Source: an uncultured delta proteobacterium
GTDB lineage: Bacteria > Myxococcota > Myxococcia > Myxococcales > Myxococcaceae
NCBI GenBank assembly: GCA_963713045.1
Contig: CAVQKE010000004.1
Span: 832,001 to 896,000 of the forward strand
Reading direction: 5' to 3'
DNA: 64,000 nt
A program made the position numbers and the translations under genes. Positions within the stretch are counted from its first letter, which is position 1; each line of letters begins with the position of its first letter. A model generated the notes under the pieces. It saw only the letters and a program-made list of their open reading frames with translations. It was not told where the DNA came from and made no database searches. Of this stretch, positions 18,439 to 29,456 are shown one piece after another.

Positions 18439-19152
18439 ATGCGTCTTCTCGCCTTGGTGCTGTTTCTGAGCCTGACCTCGTGGGGTTGCGCCACCGCGCC
18501 GGTGCGTGATGCACCTACCCCCTCCCCGACTCCGTCTGGGGAACATGCCCTGGCTCCCGACGCTCGACAACAAGCAGTCGCTCTCGCCCGAAGGCTTCTC
18601 GGGCGGCGCACCGTGAGCTGGCCGGGAGACGGTTTCCCGGACGATTGCTCCGGGCTGGTGGAGGGCATCTACGCCTCGGTCGGCCAGCCCCTCCAGGGCG
18701 CCGCGCAACGTGGAGACAACGGCGTAACGGGCCTCTACCGGTATGCCCAGACCCGCGGTCGCATTTTTGCGTCTGGCGTGCCCGCACCGGGGGATTTGGC
18801 CTTCTTCCGAGACACCTATGACCAGAACCACGACGGCGTGCTGAACGATGGGCTCACGCATGTGGCATTGGTGGAGTCGGTGTCGGAAGACGGCACCATT
18901 GCCCTCATTCACCGGGTGCGGCGCGGCGTGATGCGCTACCGGATGAACCTGGGCCATCCGCAGATGCATACCGATCCACGTACTGGCTCCGTCCTCAACG
19001 ACTACCTTCGGGGCTCAACGGGAGCGAACCGCCCTGTACTCACCGCTCAACTGTTTGTCGCTTTCGCATCGCTGCTACCTGCTGACGTTCCGCAGGCCCC
19101 TCGACCGGCCTTGCCGGTGCTGGCCCCTCAGCCCGCCGGGGGCTCCATCTGA
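18439..19152 (+). CDS. NlpC/P60 (CHAP-like) lipoprotein, cell-wall peptidase
   Basis: Lipobox-like LTSWGC; DCSGLV catalytic Cys; PGDLAFF; THVALV. Confidence 0.8.
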   Translation: MRLLALVLFLSLTSWGCATAPVRDAPTPSPTPSGEHALAPDARQQAVALARRLLGRRTVSWPGDGFPDDCSGLVEGIYASVGQPLQGAAQRGDNGVTGLYRYAQTRGRIFASGVPAPGDLAFFRDTYDQNHDGVLNDGLTHVALVESVSEDGTIALIHRVRRGVMRYRMNLGHPQMHTDPRTGSVLNDYLRGSTGANRPVLTAQLFVAFASLLPADVPQAPRPALPVLAPQPAGGSI

Positions 19153-19156
19153 TTCG

Positions 19157-21442
19157 CTAGCGCTGCTCGGCTGTCTGCCCGGCGCGAGCGTCCTCGGCTA
19201 AGGTCTGTGCCAGGGTGTGGCTCGGGTTGAGGGCGAGTGTCGCGTCGAATTGACTCGCGGCTAGGTCGAGCTGCTTGGTCTGAAGCGCCAGCCGCCCAGC
19301 GAGCACGTAGGCCCGGATGAAGGTGGTGTCGCGCTTCTGAAGCGCGCGCATTTGCTCGAGCGCCTGGTTTGCCGTCTCGGGGGTGGCCCGCGTGTTGAGC
19401 GCGTATTCCGCATTCGCGATGTCGGCCCAGCCATCCAACCCCCCCAACTGACGGTAGCGCTCGGCAAGCGCAATCGCCTGATCTCGACCGTCGACCGCAT
19501 CGAAGATGGCTTCGGTTCGAGTTCGGGCGAGAAGCTCGCTGGGCTTGACCGCCTCGAGCCTCATCAACGCGCCATAGGCGGCGTTGGCCTGTGATTGAAT
19601 CGCCTTGGCCTGCTCGATGAGCGGGTCGCTCTTCACTTTGAGGGCAGTGATTTTGTCCACCAGGCGGTTGGCTTCGACACGCCAGTCCAGTCCGGGGCGC
19701 TCGGCCTCCAACCGGGCCTTTTGGGTGCTCAGCGCTTCCGCCTCGCGGGTGTAGCGTTGAATCGCCGCCCGCCGGTCATCCACATCCAACAGCAGGGCGA
19801 GCGCCAGCGCGGCCTGCGCCTCGACGTATTGCGGCTGAGACGTCACCAGAACTCTGAGCTGCTGCTCGGCCTGCATCCGTGAGGCTGTGTCGTCCTTGCG
19901 CAACTGGGCGAAGGCCGCTTCCTCAGCGACCACCGCTGACGAAGGCGCACGCTGCCAAGCCGGAAGGAAGACTCGGACCAGCTCCACAATGGCAACGACC
20001 GCAACCACCGCCAGCACGACGCCAAGCGCCATGCGATTGCGACGCTGATAGCCCCGCATCAGCGCAAGCTCTGCGGCGTCCACCCGGCTTGGGCTCGAAC
20101 TCTCCAGGCCTGGTAGCCGGAGCCCCGGAAGCGGCGGCACGGTATGTCCTGGCTCTTCGGGCGGAAGCATGACTCCGCCGAAGCGTGCCCCGGCGGCTGC
20201 GGGGCTCCCGCCGAAGGGCGTGCCCGTCGGGGCGGGCGGGGAAAGGTTGGGACTGTTGGGGACCGGCGCGTAGGCGCTTGGTACACCGGCGACGCTGCCA
20301 GGACCGGCAGGGACGGCGGTACCGGAGCGGAAGCTCAGCCGCGTCCCCTCGAGTGGCGGCGATGTCGACGGAGCCGCAACACCTGCGCCATGCGGGGCTC
20401 CAGTGCCGCCGGCAGGACTCGCAGGTGGCGCTGCGCCGAAAACCTGAGTCCGCTCCGGCGCCAGCGGGGCAGCAGGGGTCGCTCCAGGAGCCCCGCCGAA
20501 CACCTGCGTCCGGGCGGCACCGGGGGCAAGGGGCGCCACCGCCCCGGAGGAGGGCACGGCCGTACCCCCGAAGACTTGTGTGCGGCCAGCGGGAGGCGCT
20601 GGGGGCACGTCGGGAGCGGCGGCTGCGCCCCCGAAGACCTGCGTCCGGGCGGCCCCTGGAGCTGCTGGCGAGGGCTCCGTGGAGGGCGGAGCACCCCCGA
20701 AGACTTGCGTTCGGCCCACTGCCGGGGGCGCCGGAGGCACCCCTGTGGCGGGGGCAGCGGCACCCCCAAAGACTTGCGTCCGGCCAGCGGCGGGAGGCGC
20801 TGGAGGCACCTCCGGAACGGCGGCGGCTGCGCCCCCGAAGACTTGCGTCCGGCCAGCGGTGGGAGGCGCTGGAGGCACCTCTGGAGCGGCGGCGGCTGCG
20901 CCCCCGAAGACTTGCGTCCGGCCAGCGGCGGGAGGCGCTGGAGGCACCTCCGGCGCGGCGGCGGCTGCACCCCCGAAGACTTGCGTCCGGCCAGCGGCGG
21001 GAGGCGCTGGAGGCACCTCCGGCGCGGCGGCGGCTGCACCCCCGAAGACTTGCGTTCGGCCAGCGGCGGCCGGGGGGAGCACCGGTGCACCTCCGAAGAC
21101 CTGCGTCTGGGTGACGGCTGGAGGCACCGGGGTGGGCGTTGGACTGACTCCGCCGAAAACCTGGGTGCGAGGCGCGGGAGGGGTGGCAGGCGAGCGGTTG
21201 TCGGTTCCGAAAGATGGCGTTGGTGCAACGCCAGGTCGGGGTGACGGGGTGCCACCGAAGACTTGAGTCCGGGGCGCGGGTACCGGCGCCTTCGGCTGCC
21301 GCTCCAGGGCTGGCGCATCGCCTGGTCGGTAGGCGATGAAGACGTGCCCGCACCGGGTACACTGCACGGGCGCTCCACCCGGAGGCACCAGCCGGTCATC
21401 AAGTGCGTAAAGCGTCTGGCACTCAGGGCAGCCGATTTGCAC
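19157..21442 (-). CDS. MJ0042-type zinc-ribbon protein with Pro/Ala-rich RTQVFGG repeats, one TM and a TPR-like C-terminus
   Basis: CPEC..VQCTRCGHVF; 13 TQVFG motifs; TM MALGVVLAVVAVVAIV; helical C-terminus. GTG at 21442. Confidence 0.8.
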   Translation of the reverse strand: MQIGCPECQTLYALDDRLVPPGGAPVQCTRCGHVFIAYRPGDAPALERQPKAPVPAPRTQVFGGTPSPRPGVAPTPSFGTDNRSPATPPAPRTQVFGGVSPTPTPVPPAVTQTQVFGGAPVLPPAAAGRTQVFGGAAAAAPEVPPAPPAAGRTQVFGGAAAAAPEVPPAPPAAGRTQVFGGAAAAAPEVPPAPPTAGRTQVFGGAAAAVPEVPPAPPAAGRTQVFGGAAAPATGVPPAPPAVGRTQVFGGAPPSTEPSPAAPGAARTQVFGGAAAAPDVPPAPPAGRTQVFGGTAVPSSGAVAPLAPGAARTQVFGGAPGATPAAPLAPERTQVFGAAPPASPAGGTGAPHGAGVAAPSTSPPLEGTRLSFRSGTAVPAGPGSVAGVPSAYAPVPNSPNLSPPAPTGTPFGGSPAAAGARFGGVMLPPEEPGHTVPPLPGLRLPGLESSSPSRVDAAELALMRGYQRRNRMALGVVLAVVAVVAIVELVRVFLPAWQRAPSSAVVAEEAAFAQLRKDDTASRMQAEQQLRVLVTSQPQYVEAQAALALALLLDVDDRRAAIQRYTREAEALSTQKARLEAERPGLDWRVEANRLVDKITALKVKSDPLIEQAKAIQSQANAAYGALMRLEAVKPSELLARTRTEAIFDAVDGRDQAIALAERYRQLGGLDGWADIANAEYALNTRATPETANQALEQMRALQKRDTTFIRAYVLAGRLALQTKQLDLAASQFDATLALNPSHTLAQTLAEDARAGQTAEQR
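20435..21272 (-). repeat. Intragenic tandem repeat, about 69-bp unit encoding RTQVFGGAAAAAPEVPPAPPAAG
   Basis: CCCCCGAAGACTTGCGT recurs at 20832, 20901, 20970 and 21039 (69-bp period), with degenerate copies on both sides. Confidence 0.92.
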
Positions 21443-21564
21443 GACCCTGGCCCATATCACGCTTGAGGGACGGGGCAGTCCTCGGGGGCGGTCACAGCGG
21501 GGGGGCGGCACCTACCCCCGGGGCGGTCAAGCGGCAGCTTGCCGGTGGGAGCCGGCCAAAGCCG

Positions 21565-22803
21565 TCAGCCGCGGAACCCCTCGCTGGCAGCGGCGTCCAG
21601 GCCGAATTCACTGTGGAGGCTGCGGACAGCAAGCTCGGTGTACTTCTCGTGTACGACGCAGCTCACCTTGATTTCCGAAGTCGAAATCATCTGGATGTTG
21701 ATGCCCTCCTGGGCCAGCACGGAGAACATGCGAGCCGCGACACCGGCGTGGTTACGCATGCCGACTCCGACGATGGAAACCTTGGCGATTTGGGCATCGG
21801 TCTCAACCGATGTAATCCCCAGCTCCGCGGCCATCGCGGCCATCACTTCCCCCGCCTGAGCCAGGTCTGGCTTGTTGACGGTGAAGCTCAAATCGCTTCG
21901 CCCTTCCCGGGCGGCAGTCTGGACGATGATGTCGACTTCGATGTGGCGGTCGCTCAGCGCGCCGAAAATCCGAGACGCGACACCCGGGTGGTCGGGGACC
22001 TCACGCAGAGTCACCCGCGCTTGGTTTCGGTCGTGGGCAACGCCACTGACGACGACCTGTTCCATGGCCGCATCCTCCGCGCAAACCAGCGTCCCCGGGT
22101 CGTCGCTGAAGGACGACCTTACCCACAACGGGACACGGTACTTCATGGCAAATTCGACCGAGCGAATCTGTAGGACTTTCGCGCCAAGGCTCGCCAGCTC
22201 CAGCATCTCCTCATAGGAGATTCGGGCAAGCTTGCGGGCCGCTGGGCAGATGTTGGGGTCCGCGGTGTAAACCCCCAGGACGTCGGTGTAGATTTCACAG
22301 GCCTCCGCGCCGAGGGCGGCCGCCAGCGCCACCGCCGTCGTATCCGAGCCTCCCCGCCCAAGCGTGGTGATGTTTCCCGCCTCGTCAGTCCCTTGGAACC
22401 CCGCCACCACCGCCACCCGACCCGCGCGGAGCGTTTGCGCAAGGGCACCCGCGTCGATGTGTTGAATGCGTGCCTTCCCATGGACCGCATCGGTGACAAT
22501 CCTCACCTGGTGGGCCAAAAAGCTGGTCGCCTCTCCGCCTTCGGCGTGAATGGCGAGGGCGACGAGGCCAACTGCAACTTGCTCCCCGGTGGCGACCACC
22601 ACATCCTGCTCGCGCTCGTTCGGTGTAGCAGTCACCGCCTGGACGAGTGCGAGCAGGCGATTCGTCTCCCCAGCCATGGCAGAGACGACGAGCACCACGT
22701 CACGGCCATCGGCCCGGGCCTGAAGCGCACGTCGCGCGACGTTGCGGATGCGTACGACGTCGCCGACGGAGGTACCACCGTATTTCTGAACCAGGCAGCC
22801 CAT
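21565..22803 (-). CDS. lysC: Aspartate kinase
   Basis: [32 protein letters not shown], two ACT domains (ISTSEIKVS). ATG at 22803. Confidence 0.95.
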   Translation of the reverse strand: MGCLVQKYGGTSVGDVVRIRNVARRALQARADGRDVVLVVSAMAGETNRLLALVQAVTATPNEREQDVVVATGEQVAVGLVALAIHAEGGEATSFLAHQVRIVTDAVHGKARIQHIDAGALAQTLRAGRVAVVAGFQGTDEAGNITTLGRGGSDTTAVALAAALGAEACEIYTDVLGVYTADPNICPAARKLARISYEEMLELASLGAKVLQIRSVEFAMKYRVPLWVRSSFSDDPGTLVCAEDAAMEQVVVSGVAHDRNQARVTLREVPDHPGVASRIFGALSDRHIEVDIIVQTAAREGRSDLSFTVNKPDLAQAGEVMAAMAAELGITSVETDAQIAKVSIVGVGMRNHAGVAARMFSVLAQEGINIQMISTSEIKVSCVVHEKYTELAVRSLHSEFGLDAAASEGFRG

Positions 22804-22904
22804 GAGATAGCCGGTGCACCGAGCAGCTCTCTCGCTTAGACGAGAGCCGGGGCGGTGCGCTACGGTGGCCGACCCTTCCCTCGGACGCCCGGCTTCTGAC
22901 GCAG

Positions 22905-24434
22905 ATGCCAACCACAAGCAAGATTTTGCTCGACGGCGACACGCTGTCTTTGGAGGCGATTGGCGCCGTCGCCCACCGGCGCGCTGAGGTGGCCCTCTCC
23001 CCCGAGGCACGGGGACGAGTCGAGCGAGCCCGGGCCCTGGTGGACCGGGTGGCCGAAGGCAGTGCCGCCGTCTACGGCATCAACACCGGCTTCGGGACGC
23101 TGGCCGAAGTCCGCATCGAGAAGAAGGACCTGCGAACTCTGCAGCGCAACCTCCTGCTATCGCACGCGGCGGGGGTCGGAGACCCCCTCCCGCTGCCGGA
23201 TGCTCGCGCACTGCTCCTCCTCCGCTGCAACGTCCTGGCCAAGGGTTACTCCGGAATCCGGCTGCGTACCCTGGAGCTGGCCCTGGCCATGCTCGCTCGA
23301 GATGTGGTCCCGGTGGTTCCGGCCCGGGGCAGCGTCGGTGCCTCAGGCGACCTCGCTCCCTTGGCCCACTTGGGGCTGGCCCTCATTGGCGAGGGCGAGG
23401 CCTTCTACCGGGGAGAGCGACTTCCCGGCGCCGAGGCGTTGTCGAGGGCCAGCCTGGAGCCGGTGGTGCTCGAGGCCAAGGAGGGGCTGGCGCTGGTCAA
23501 TGGGACGCAGGCGATGAGCGCAGTGGGGACCCTCACCCTGCTGCGGTCTGAGGCCCTGAGCGAGATTTCGGATATCGCCGGTGCGATGACGCTGGAGGGC
23601 CTCCTCGGTAGCCACCGCCCCTTCCTGGCGGCCATTCAACAGGTTCGTCCCCACCCCGGCCAGCAGGCGTGCGCTGCCCACCTCAGGGCCCTGCTGCAAG
23701 GGAGCCAGATTGTCGAGAGCCACCGGGACTGCTCCAAGGTGCAGGATCCCTACTCGCTGCGCTGCATTCCACAGGTCCATGGCGCGGCGCGCGAGGGAAT
23801 TGGCTTTTGCCGGCGCATTCTCGAGGTGGAAGTGAACAGCGCCACCGACAACCCGCTGGTGTTTCCCGAAGAGCAGCTCATCGTCAGCGGTGGGAACTTC
23901 CACGGGCAGCCGGTGGCCCTCGCGCTCGATGTCCTGGCGATGGCGCTGACGCAGTTGTCAGCCGTCAGCGAGCGGCGGGTTGAACAGTTGGTCAATCCGT
24001 CCTTGAGCGGACTCCCACCCTTTTTGGCGCGAGATTCGGGCCTCAATTCTGGGTTTATGATTGCCCAGGTGACATCGGCGGCGCTGGTCGCCGAATCGCG
24101 GATTCTCAGTCACCCAGCCTCAGTCGATTCCATTCCCTCGTCCGCCGGGCGGGAGGACCACGTCAGCATGGGGATGACCGCGGCCCTCAAGGCCGCTCAA
24201 ATCGCCGATTTCACTCGGACCTGCCTGGCCATTGAGATTCTCGTGGCGTCGCAGGCGCTGGACCTCCGCGAGCCCCTGCTGCCGGGCCGAGGCGTCCACG
24301 CTGCGCATCACTTCGTTCGCCAGCACGTGCCGACGCTGGACCGCGACCGGGAAGTCCATCGCGACGTGACCCGAGTGAGTGCATTGATTGACTCCGGCGA
24401 GCTGGCCGCGGCCGTGCGCGCTGCCACGGCCTAA
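22905..24434 (+). CDS. hutH: Histidine ammonia-lyase
   Basis: [12 protein letters not shown] motif [43 protein letters not shown]. Confidence 0.96.
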   Translation: MPTTSKILLDGDTLSLEAIGAVAHRRAEVALSPEARGRVERARALVDRVAEGSAAVYGINTGFGTLAEVRIEKKDLRTLQRNLLLSHAAGVGDPLPLPDARALLLLRCNVLAKGYSGIRLRTLELALAMLARDVVPVVPARGSVGASGDLAPLAHLGLALIGEGEAFYRGERLPGAEALSRASLEPVVLEAKEGLALVNGTQAMSAVGTLTLLRSEALSEISDIAGAMTLEGLLGSHRPFLAAIQQVRPHPGQQACAAHLRALLQGSQIVESHRDCSKVQDPYSLRCIPQVHGAAREGIGFCRRILEVEVNSATDNPLVFPEEQLIVSGGNFHGQPVALALDVLAMALTQLSAVSERRVEQLVNPSLSGLPPFLARDSGLNSGFMIAQVTSAALVAESRILSHPASVDSIPSSAGREDHVSMGMTAALKAAQIADFTRTCLAIEILVASQALDLREPLLPGRGVHAAHHFVRQHVPTLDRDREVHRDVTRVSALIDSGELAAAVRAATA

Positions 24435-24456
24435 GTTGCCTTTGAGGGCAGGCACC

Positions 24457-27400
24457 GTGAGCCACGACCTGCAGCCCGAAGTCGCGACCAAGACTGCTGA
24501 CACCCAGCCGGCGGTGGAGAGCCCGCTGGATGAGGCTCGGGCGCGCATTTCCTCGCTGGAACGGGAGGCCCGAGCCTTGGGCGAGGGACCGGAGGCAGCT
24601 TTGTTGTTTCACGAGATGGGCCTGCTTTGGGAAGACCCTCTCAACAACCCGCGCAACGCGGCTTCGGCCTTTCAAACTGCCTTCCGACTTGCGCCGCGCT
24701 TCGTCGAAAACCTACGGGCTGCCCGGCGAATTTTTTCGGACGTCGGCAACTGGCAGCTCGTGCTCCAACTGCTTGACGCAGAGTTGGAGGCCACCCCGCC
24801 CGGGCCGTCCCGCGCGGGATTGCTGTACGAGCGTGCCCTTGTTCTCGATGAGCGTCTGGAGCGTCACGAGGAGGCGGCCGCGGCGTTTCGGGAAGTCGTC
24901 GCCGCCCAGCCCGGGGATGTCGGACTCCTGTCGCAGCTGGCCTCGATTTGGGCGGCCCGGGGGGACGCACGCGCGCTTGCCGACACCCTGCAGCTGCTGG
25001 CGCGCTCGGTGGAGGACCCCCGCGTCGCTGCCGAAGCGTTGCTTTCGGCCGGGCTGCTCCTCGAGGAGCGGCTGCGGGACGAGCAGGGCGCCGCTGAGGC
25101 GTACCGCGAAGCGTTTTCTTTGGAACGCGGCGACCCCGTACTGCTGGCGGCACTGGCGCGGGTCGCCGCGCGGGACCAGCGCGAGGATGAACTGTTGCGC
25201 GTGCTGGCCGCTGAGGCGGAAAACGTCGGCCCTTCTGGAAGCGCCGCATTTCTCGAACTGGCCAGGGTTTACGAGCGGCTTGGTCGGCCCGAGGACGCGT
25301 TGGCTGCATTGCAAGCGGGGCGCCGTCTTCAACCTCGGGACCCTCTCGTCCTCTCGGCAATGACCGCTCTCCTCGGCGAACAACGGCGGCCCGAGGAGCT
25401 GGCTGAAGTGCTCGGCGCCTGGGCCGCCACCGTCCACGACGAAGGGGAGGCGGTCGCGCTCTACCTGCGCCTCGCCTCGCTGTACGAGGAAGCACTCCAT
25501 CGAGACGAGCAAGCCATCCAAAGCTATCGTGCCATTTTGGCGCGCGTGCCGGGAAACGCGGCGGCACTGGCCGGGCTCGGCCGCCTCTATGCTCGCCGGC
25601 GCGATTGGTCCGGCCTGCTCGACGTGTACGACGCCGAGCTGGCCGTCACCCTGGAGAACGCTGGCAAAGCCACCATCCATTACCGAGCCGGAGAAATCTG
25701 CGAGACGCGCCTCCGGGACTCGGACGCAGCAATCACCCGCTACCAGCAGGCGCTGCTGCTGGCACCGGGGTATTTGCCTGCGCAGCAGGCCCTGGAACGA
25801 CTCTTTGAGCGGCTCGGACGCTGGGTGGACCTGGCCGCCATGCTGGAGCAGGACGTGCTCCAGGCGGAAGGTCCATCGGACGCCGTGGCCCGACTCGGAA
25901 ACCTGGCCGCGCTGTATGAGGACCACATGGGGGACGCGGAGCGGGCGCTGGAATGCCTTCACCGCGCACTCGACCTCGCGCCAGAACACCTGTCCTCCTT
26001 GAGGCAGGGCCAGCGTTTGGCCGAGAAGCTTGGCCACTGGCGAGACCTGGTGGGGCTTTTGGAGCGCGAGGCGGCCCTGGTCGGCGACTTGAAGCAAGTG
26101 GTGGCGCTTCGTCACCGCGCAGCGGCAGTGCTCGACGAGCGCCTGGCCGACCCGTCCGCCGCCGTGGTTGCCTACGAAAAGCTACTTGCCGTCTCCCCTG
26201 CCTACCTACCAGCCCTCACCGCGCTGGGCCGGCTCTATTCGGAGGGTGGACGCTGGTCCGATTTGGCAGTGCTCTACCGGACAGAAGCAGCCGTCGCCAC
26301 GCCCGAGCGCGCGGCCCAGCTTCTGCTCAAAGTCGGAGAGCTTCAAGAGCGACGGCTGGGCGACGTCGACGGGGCTTTGACGACGTACGGACAGGTGCTG
26401 GAAAGGATGCCGCGCGACCTCCAGGCGCTGGGGGCGCTCGGCCGCCTGCAGCGCAGCCGCGGCGCTTGGGCTCCACTGGTCGGCGTCCTATTGCGCGAGG
26501 CGGCACTCCGAACCGACCCGCGCGACCGGGCCGACGTCCTCTTCGAAACGGCCTCACTGCGCGAGTACGCCCTGAAGGACGTTGAGGCCGCCACCGAAAC
26601 CTATGAGGAAGTCCTTCGCCTGTCCCCGGCCCATGCCGGTGCACTCCGCGCATTGGAGCGCTTGGCCTCTGCGCGAGGCGATACTCAGGCCCTGCTAGCG
26701 GCCGTGGAGCGGAGCGCCCAAATGGCCTCCGCCCCAGAAGCGCGTGTCGCGGCCTACTTGAAGCTGACGCGACTTTATCTGGACCGACTCGATGAGGCTT
26801 CGCGAGCCGCACAGATGGCGGAAGAGGCACTGGCCATCGACCCGCGCAACCTCCACGCGCTGCTGGTTCTCGAGCGCCTGCGGTCAGCCGACCCGGGACG
26901 ACGGGCCGAGGTGCGTGCCCGACTGGCCGACCGAGTCACGGACGCCGCCCTGGCCGCTGCCCTTCGTTGGATCGGCTCACCCGAGCACGAGGAGGCAGAT
27001 TTGGGGACCCGCGCGCGGGAGCTTGAGGACGCCTTTCGGGTTGACCCGACCGACCTGCGCGTGACCTTCGCCCTGGACCGCACGCTGCGGCTGGGCGGCG
27101 ACCCCGCGTCGCGTTTCGCCTTTTACGCGCGGCGCCTCCAACAGAACCCGGATGAGACTGAACGGCTGGCCTTGCAAATGCGTCTGGCGGAAGCCGCCGA
27201 AGCTGGCGCAGCGGACCTGGCGACCGCACGCGAGGCGTACCGCGACGCCCTGGTGCTCCACCCCGGCTTCCTGCCGGCGCTTCAGGGCATCCGCCGAGTC
27301 GCCGAGCGTCTGCGCGACTGGCCGACGGCGGTTGCCGCCCGGGAGGCGGAAGCTGAGGCCTCGCACGACCTTCGCAGCTCGGCTGATTCCTGGACCGTCG

Positions 27401-29448
27401 CCGGGCGACTCGCCAGCGAGCGACTGGCCGACCCGGAGCGAGGCCTCAACTCCCTTCAGCGGGCGCTGGAGCGAGCACCGCTGCACCAGGACGCCTTTGC
27501 CGAGGCGGAGCGCATCCTGACTCAGGCCGAACGCCCTGAGGACCTGGCGGACCTATACGAGCGTCAGGGGGAAGCGCGGCTTGCGGCAGCCGACCGCTCT
27601 GGCGCTGCAGCCTCGTTTCACCGGGCGGCGCAACTGTGGCGTGCAGCCTCTGGCGACCCAGCGCGAACGATGGCGACGCTGGAGCGGGTCCTCGATGCGG
27701 ACCCCGGGCATGCAGATGCGCTGCTCGACAAGGCAGAGCTGGCTCTGGAGCAGGGGCGCTCGGCCGATGCGGCGGAGGCCTTTACCTCTCGGGTTCGGCT
27801 CGGCGGCGAGCCGGAAGTCCTCTCCTCGCTGCACTTGCGGCTGGGCGCGCTTTTCCAGGAGAGGCTGGGCGACCCCAACCGGGCCGTGGCCCACTTCCAA
27901 GCGGCCCTCGCCGGCCATCCCGGGTTACCCGAGGCGCTGGAGCCGCTGGTGACGCTGTACGTCGCCTCGGAGAATTGGACCGGAGCCTCGGATTCGCTGA
28001 AGCGGCTGTTGGACCGTGACAACCAGCCGCAGGTGCGAGGCCGCTACCTGCTCCAGCTGGCGCGCATTCTGGACGGTGGCTTTGGAGACACGCTGCGGGC
28101 AGGTGAGTTGTATCGGCAGGCCTTGGAACTCGGGGCCGAAGACCCAGCCGCCCTCGACCGCCTGGCGGAGCTGGCCGAGCGCGAGGGTGAAGTCGCCGGA
28201 CTCCTGCAACTGCTCGAGGCCCAAGTCCTGGTCTCCGAGCCCGGGAGAGGGGCGCTGCTGTGCTTCAAGCTGGGTGGGCTTTGCGCCAACGTGTTGGGGG
28301 ATGAGACCCGCGCCATCCTCACCTACCGGCGGGCTACCGAGCTTCAGCCGAACTTTCTCGAAGCGCACGCAGCGCTCGGCCGGCTGCTGGAAAAGGACCC
28401 CGGGTCTCTCGAGCAGGCGGTGCAAGCCTACCGGGCCGCCATCGGAATTGACCCCACCCACTCCGAAAGCTTGCATGCCCTGTTTCGCATTTGGGAACAG
28501 GCGCGGCTACTCGACCGCGCTTTCTGCGCTGCGGCGGTGTTGGTGTTCCTCCAAAGCGCAACGGACCGGGAAACCAATCTCCACTTCGACTGGAGAGCCC
28601 GACTGCCACCGGACGGCCGGGACCCACTGTCCACCGACGAGCTTGCCCTCCTCCAGGGCCCGGCGGCGAGCGCTCCACTGGTGGACGTCCTGCGTCTCAC
28701 CGGGGACGCGATGGGACAGCAACTTGCTCCGGCCTTTGAAAGTTTGGGGGTGGACCCGCGGGTGGACCGGCTTCGCGCCGACCACCCCGTTCACCGGGCG
28801 ATCCGACTGGTGTCTGAGACGCTGGGCGTCGAGGACTTGGCGGTCTACCAGGCCCGCCGCGGACTTGTCGCACTCGAGCCGAGCACACCCCCGGCGTTGT
28901 GCGTCGGTCAGGACGTCGTCAAACGGTTTAATGCACGGGAACAGAAGTTCCTTTTCGGCCGGGCCGTACTCGGCCTCCGCAACAAGGCGGCCGTCCTGTC
29001 CCGGTTGAGTCTGGAGGAGACGTCGCGCTTCTTGGGGGCCGCCGTGCGGGTGGCGGTCCCGGGGTTTCCTGGCCTGGGGCCGCCCGACGAGGCGCTGGCA
29101 AAAGCCCTGCGCCGGCAACTGTCCCGCCGCAACCGTCGGGAACTTGGGTCGGCGGCCCGGGCGGTGGCCGCCTCCTCTCGGGTGGAACTGTCGGCCACGC
29201 TGCGCGCCCTGTCGACAGCGGGGAACCGCGCCGGCCTCCTCCTGGCCGGCGACCCGGCCATTGCCCTGCAGCTGGTGCTGCGGGAGGACCCCAACGGGAC
29301 CGGCGTCCGTCCAGAGACACCCGAGCCCGCCCTGCAGTCGGTGCGCGAGCGCGCAGACCTTCACTCGCTGATTGCCTTCGCGCTTTCCGACGCTTTCTTC
29401 CACCTGCGGCAGAAGGTCGGTTTGGCACTGCCGGAAACGGCGCCCTGA
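24457..29448 (+). CDS. Very large TPR-repeat protein (myxobacterial type)
   Basis: About 1660 aa with many TPR-like units (e.g. YRAILARVPGNAAALAGL, YQQALLLAPGYLPAQQAL). GTG at 24457. Confidence 0.85.
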   Translation: MSHDLQPEVATKTADTQPAVESPLDEARARISSLEREARALGEGPEAALLFHEMGLLWEDPLNNPRNAASAFQTAFRLAPRFVENLRAARRIFSDVGNWQLVLQLLDAELEATPPGPSRAGLLYERALVLDERLERHEEAAAAFREVVAAQPGDVGLLSQLASIWAARGDARALADTLQLLARSVEDPRVAAEALLSAGLLLEERLRDEQGAAEAYREAFSLERGDPVLLAALARVAARDQREDELLRVLAAEAENVGPSGSAAFLELARVYERLGRPEDALAALQAGRRLQPRDPLVLSAMTALLGEQRRPEELAEVLGAWAATVHDEGEAVALYLRLASLYEEALHRDEQAIQSYRAILARVPGNAAALAGLGRLYARRRDWSGLLDVYDAELAVTLENAGKATIHYRAGEICETRLRDSDAAITRYQQALLLAPGYLPAQQALERLFERLGRWVDLAAMLEQDVLQAEGPSDAVARLGNLAALYEDHMGDAERALECLHRALDLAPEHLSSLRQGQRLAEKLGHWRDLVGLLEREAALVGDLKQVVALRHRAAAVLDERLADPSAAVVAYEKLLAVSPAYLPALTALGRLYSEGGRWSDLAVLYRTEAAVATPERAAQLLLKVGELQERRLGDVDGALTTYGQVLERMPRDLQALGALGRLQRSRGAWAPLVGVLLREAALRTDPRDRADVLFETASLREYALKDVEAATETYEEVLRLSPAHAGALRALERLASARGDTQALLAAVERSAQMASAPEARVAAYLKLTRLYLDRLDEASRAAQMAEEALAIDPRNLHALLVLERLRSADPGRRAEVRARLADRVTDAALAAALRWIGSPEHEEADLGTRARELEDAFRVDPTDLRVTFALDRTLRLGGDPASRFAFYARRLQQNPDETERLALQMRLAEAAEAGAADLATAREAYRDALVLHPGFLPALQGIRRVAERLRDWPTAVAAREAEAEASHDLRSSADSWTVAGRLASERLADPERGLNSLQRALERAPLHQDAFAEAERILTQAERPEDLADLYERQGEARLAAADRSGAAASFHRAAQLWRAASGDPARTMATLERVLDADPGHADALLDKAELALEQGRSADAAEAFTSRVRLGGEPEVLSSLHLRLGALFQERLGDPNRAVAHFQAALAGHPGLPEALEPLVTLYVASENWTGASDSLKRLLDRDNQPQVRGRYLLQLARILDGGFGDTLRAGELYRQALELGAEDPAALDRLAELAEREGEVAGLLQLLEAQVLVSEPGRGALLCFKLGGLCANVLGDETRAILTYRRATELQPNFLEAHAALGRLLEKDPGSLEQAVQAYRAAIGIDPTHSESLHALFRIWEQARLLDRAFCAAAVLVFLQSATDRETNLHFDWRARLPPDGRDPLSTDELALLQGPAASAPLVDVLRLTGDAMGQQLAPAFESLGVDPRVDRLRADHPVHRAIRLVSETLGVEDLAVYQARRGLVALEPSTPPALCVGQDVVKRFNAREQKFLFGRAVLGLRNKAAVLSRLSLEETSRFLGAAVRVAVPGFPGLGPPDEALAKALRRQLSRRNRRELGSAARAVAASSRVELSATLRALSTAGNRAGLLLAGDPAIALQLVLREDPNGTGVRPETPEPALQSVRERADLHSLIAFALSDAFFHLRQKVGLALPETAP

Positions 29449-29456
29449 CAGCGCCT

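Noticed and set aside
20435..21272. Regularly spaced repeats that could be mistaken for a CRISPR array, plus long repeat ORFs in other frames (e.g. PPKTCVRP)
   Set aside because: The unit is a multiple of 3 within a coding frame, spacers resemble each other, and no cas genes are present. Alternative ORFs are shadows of a stop-poor GC-rich repeat.
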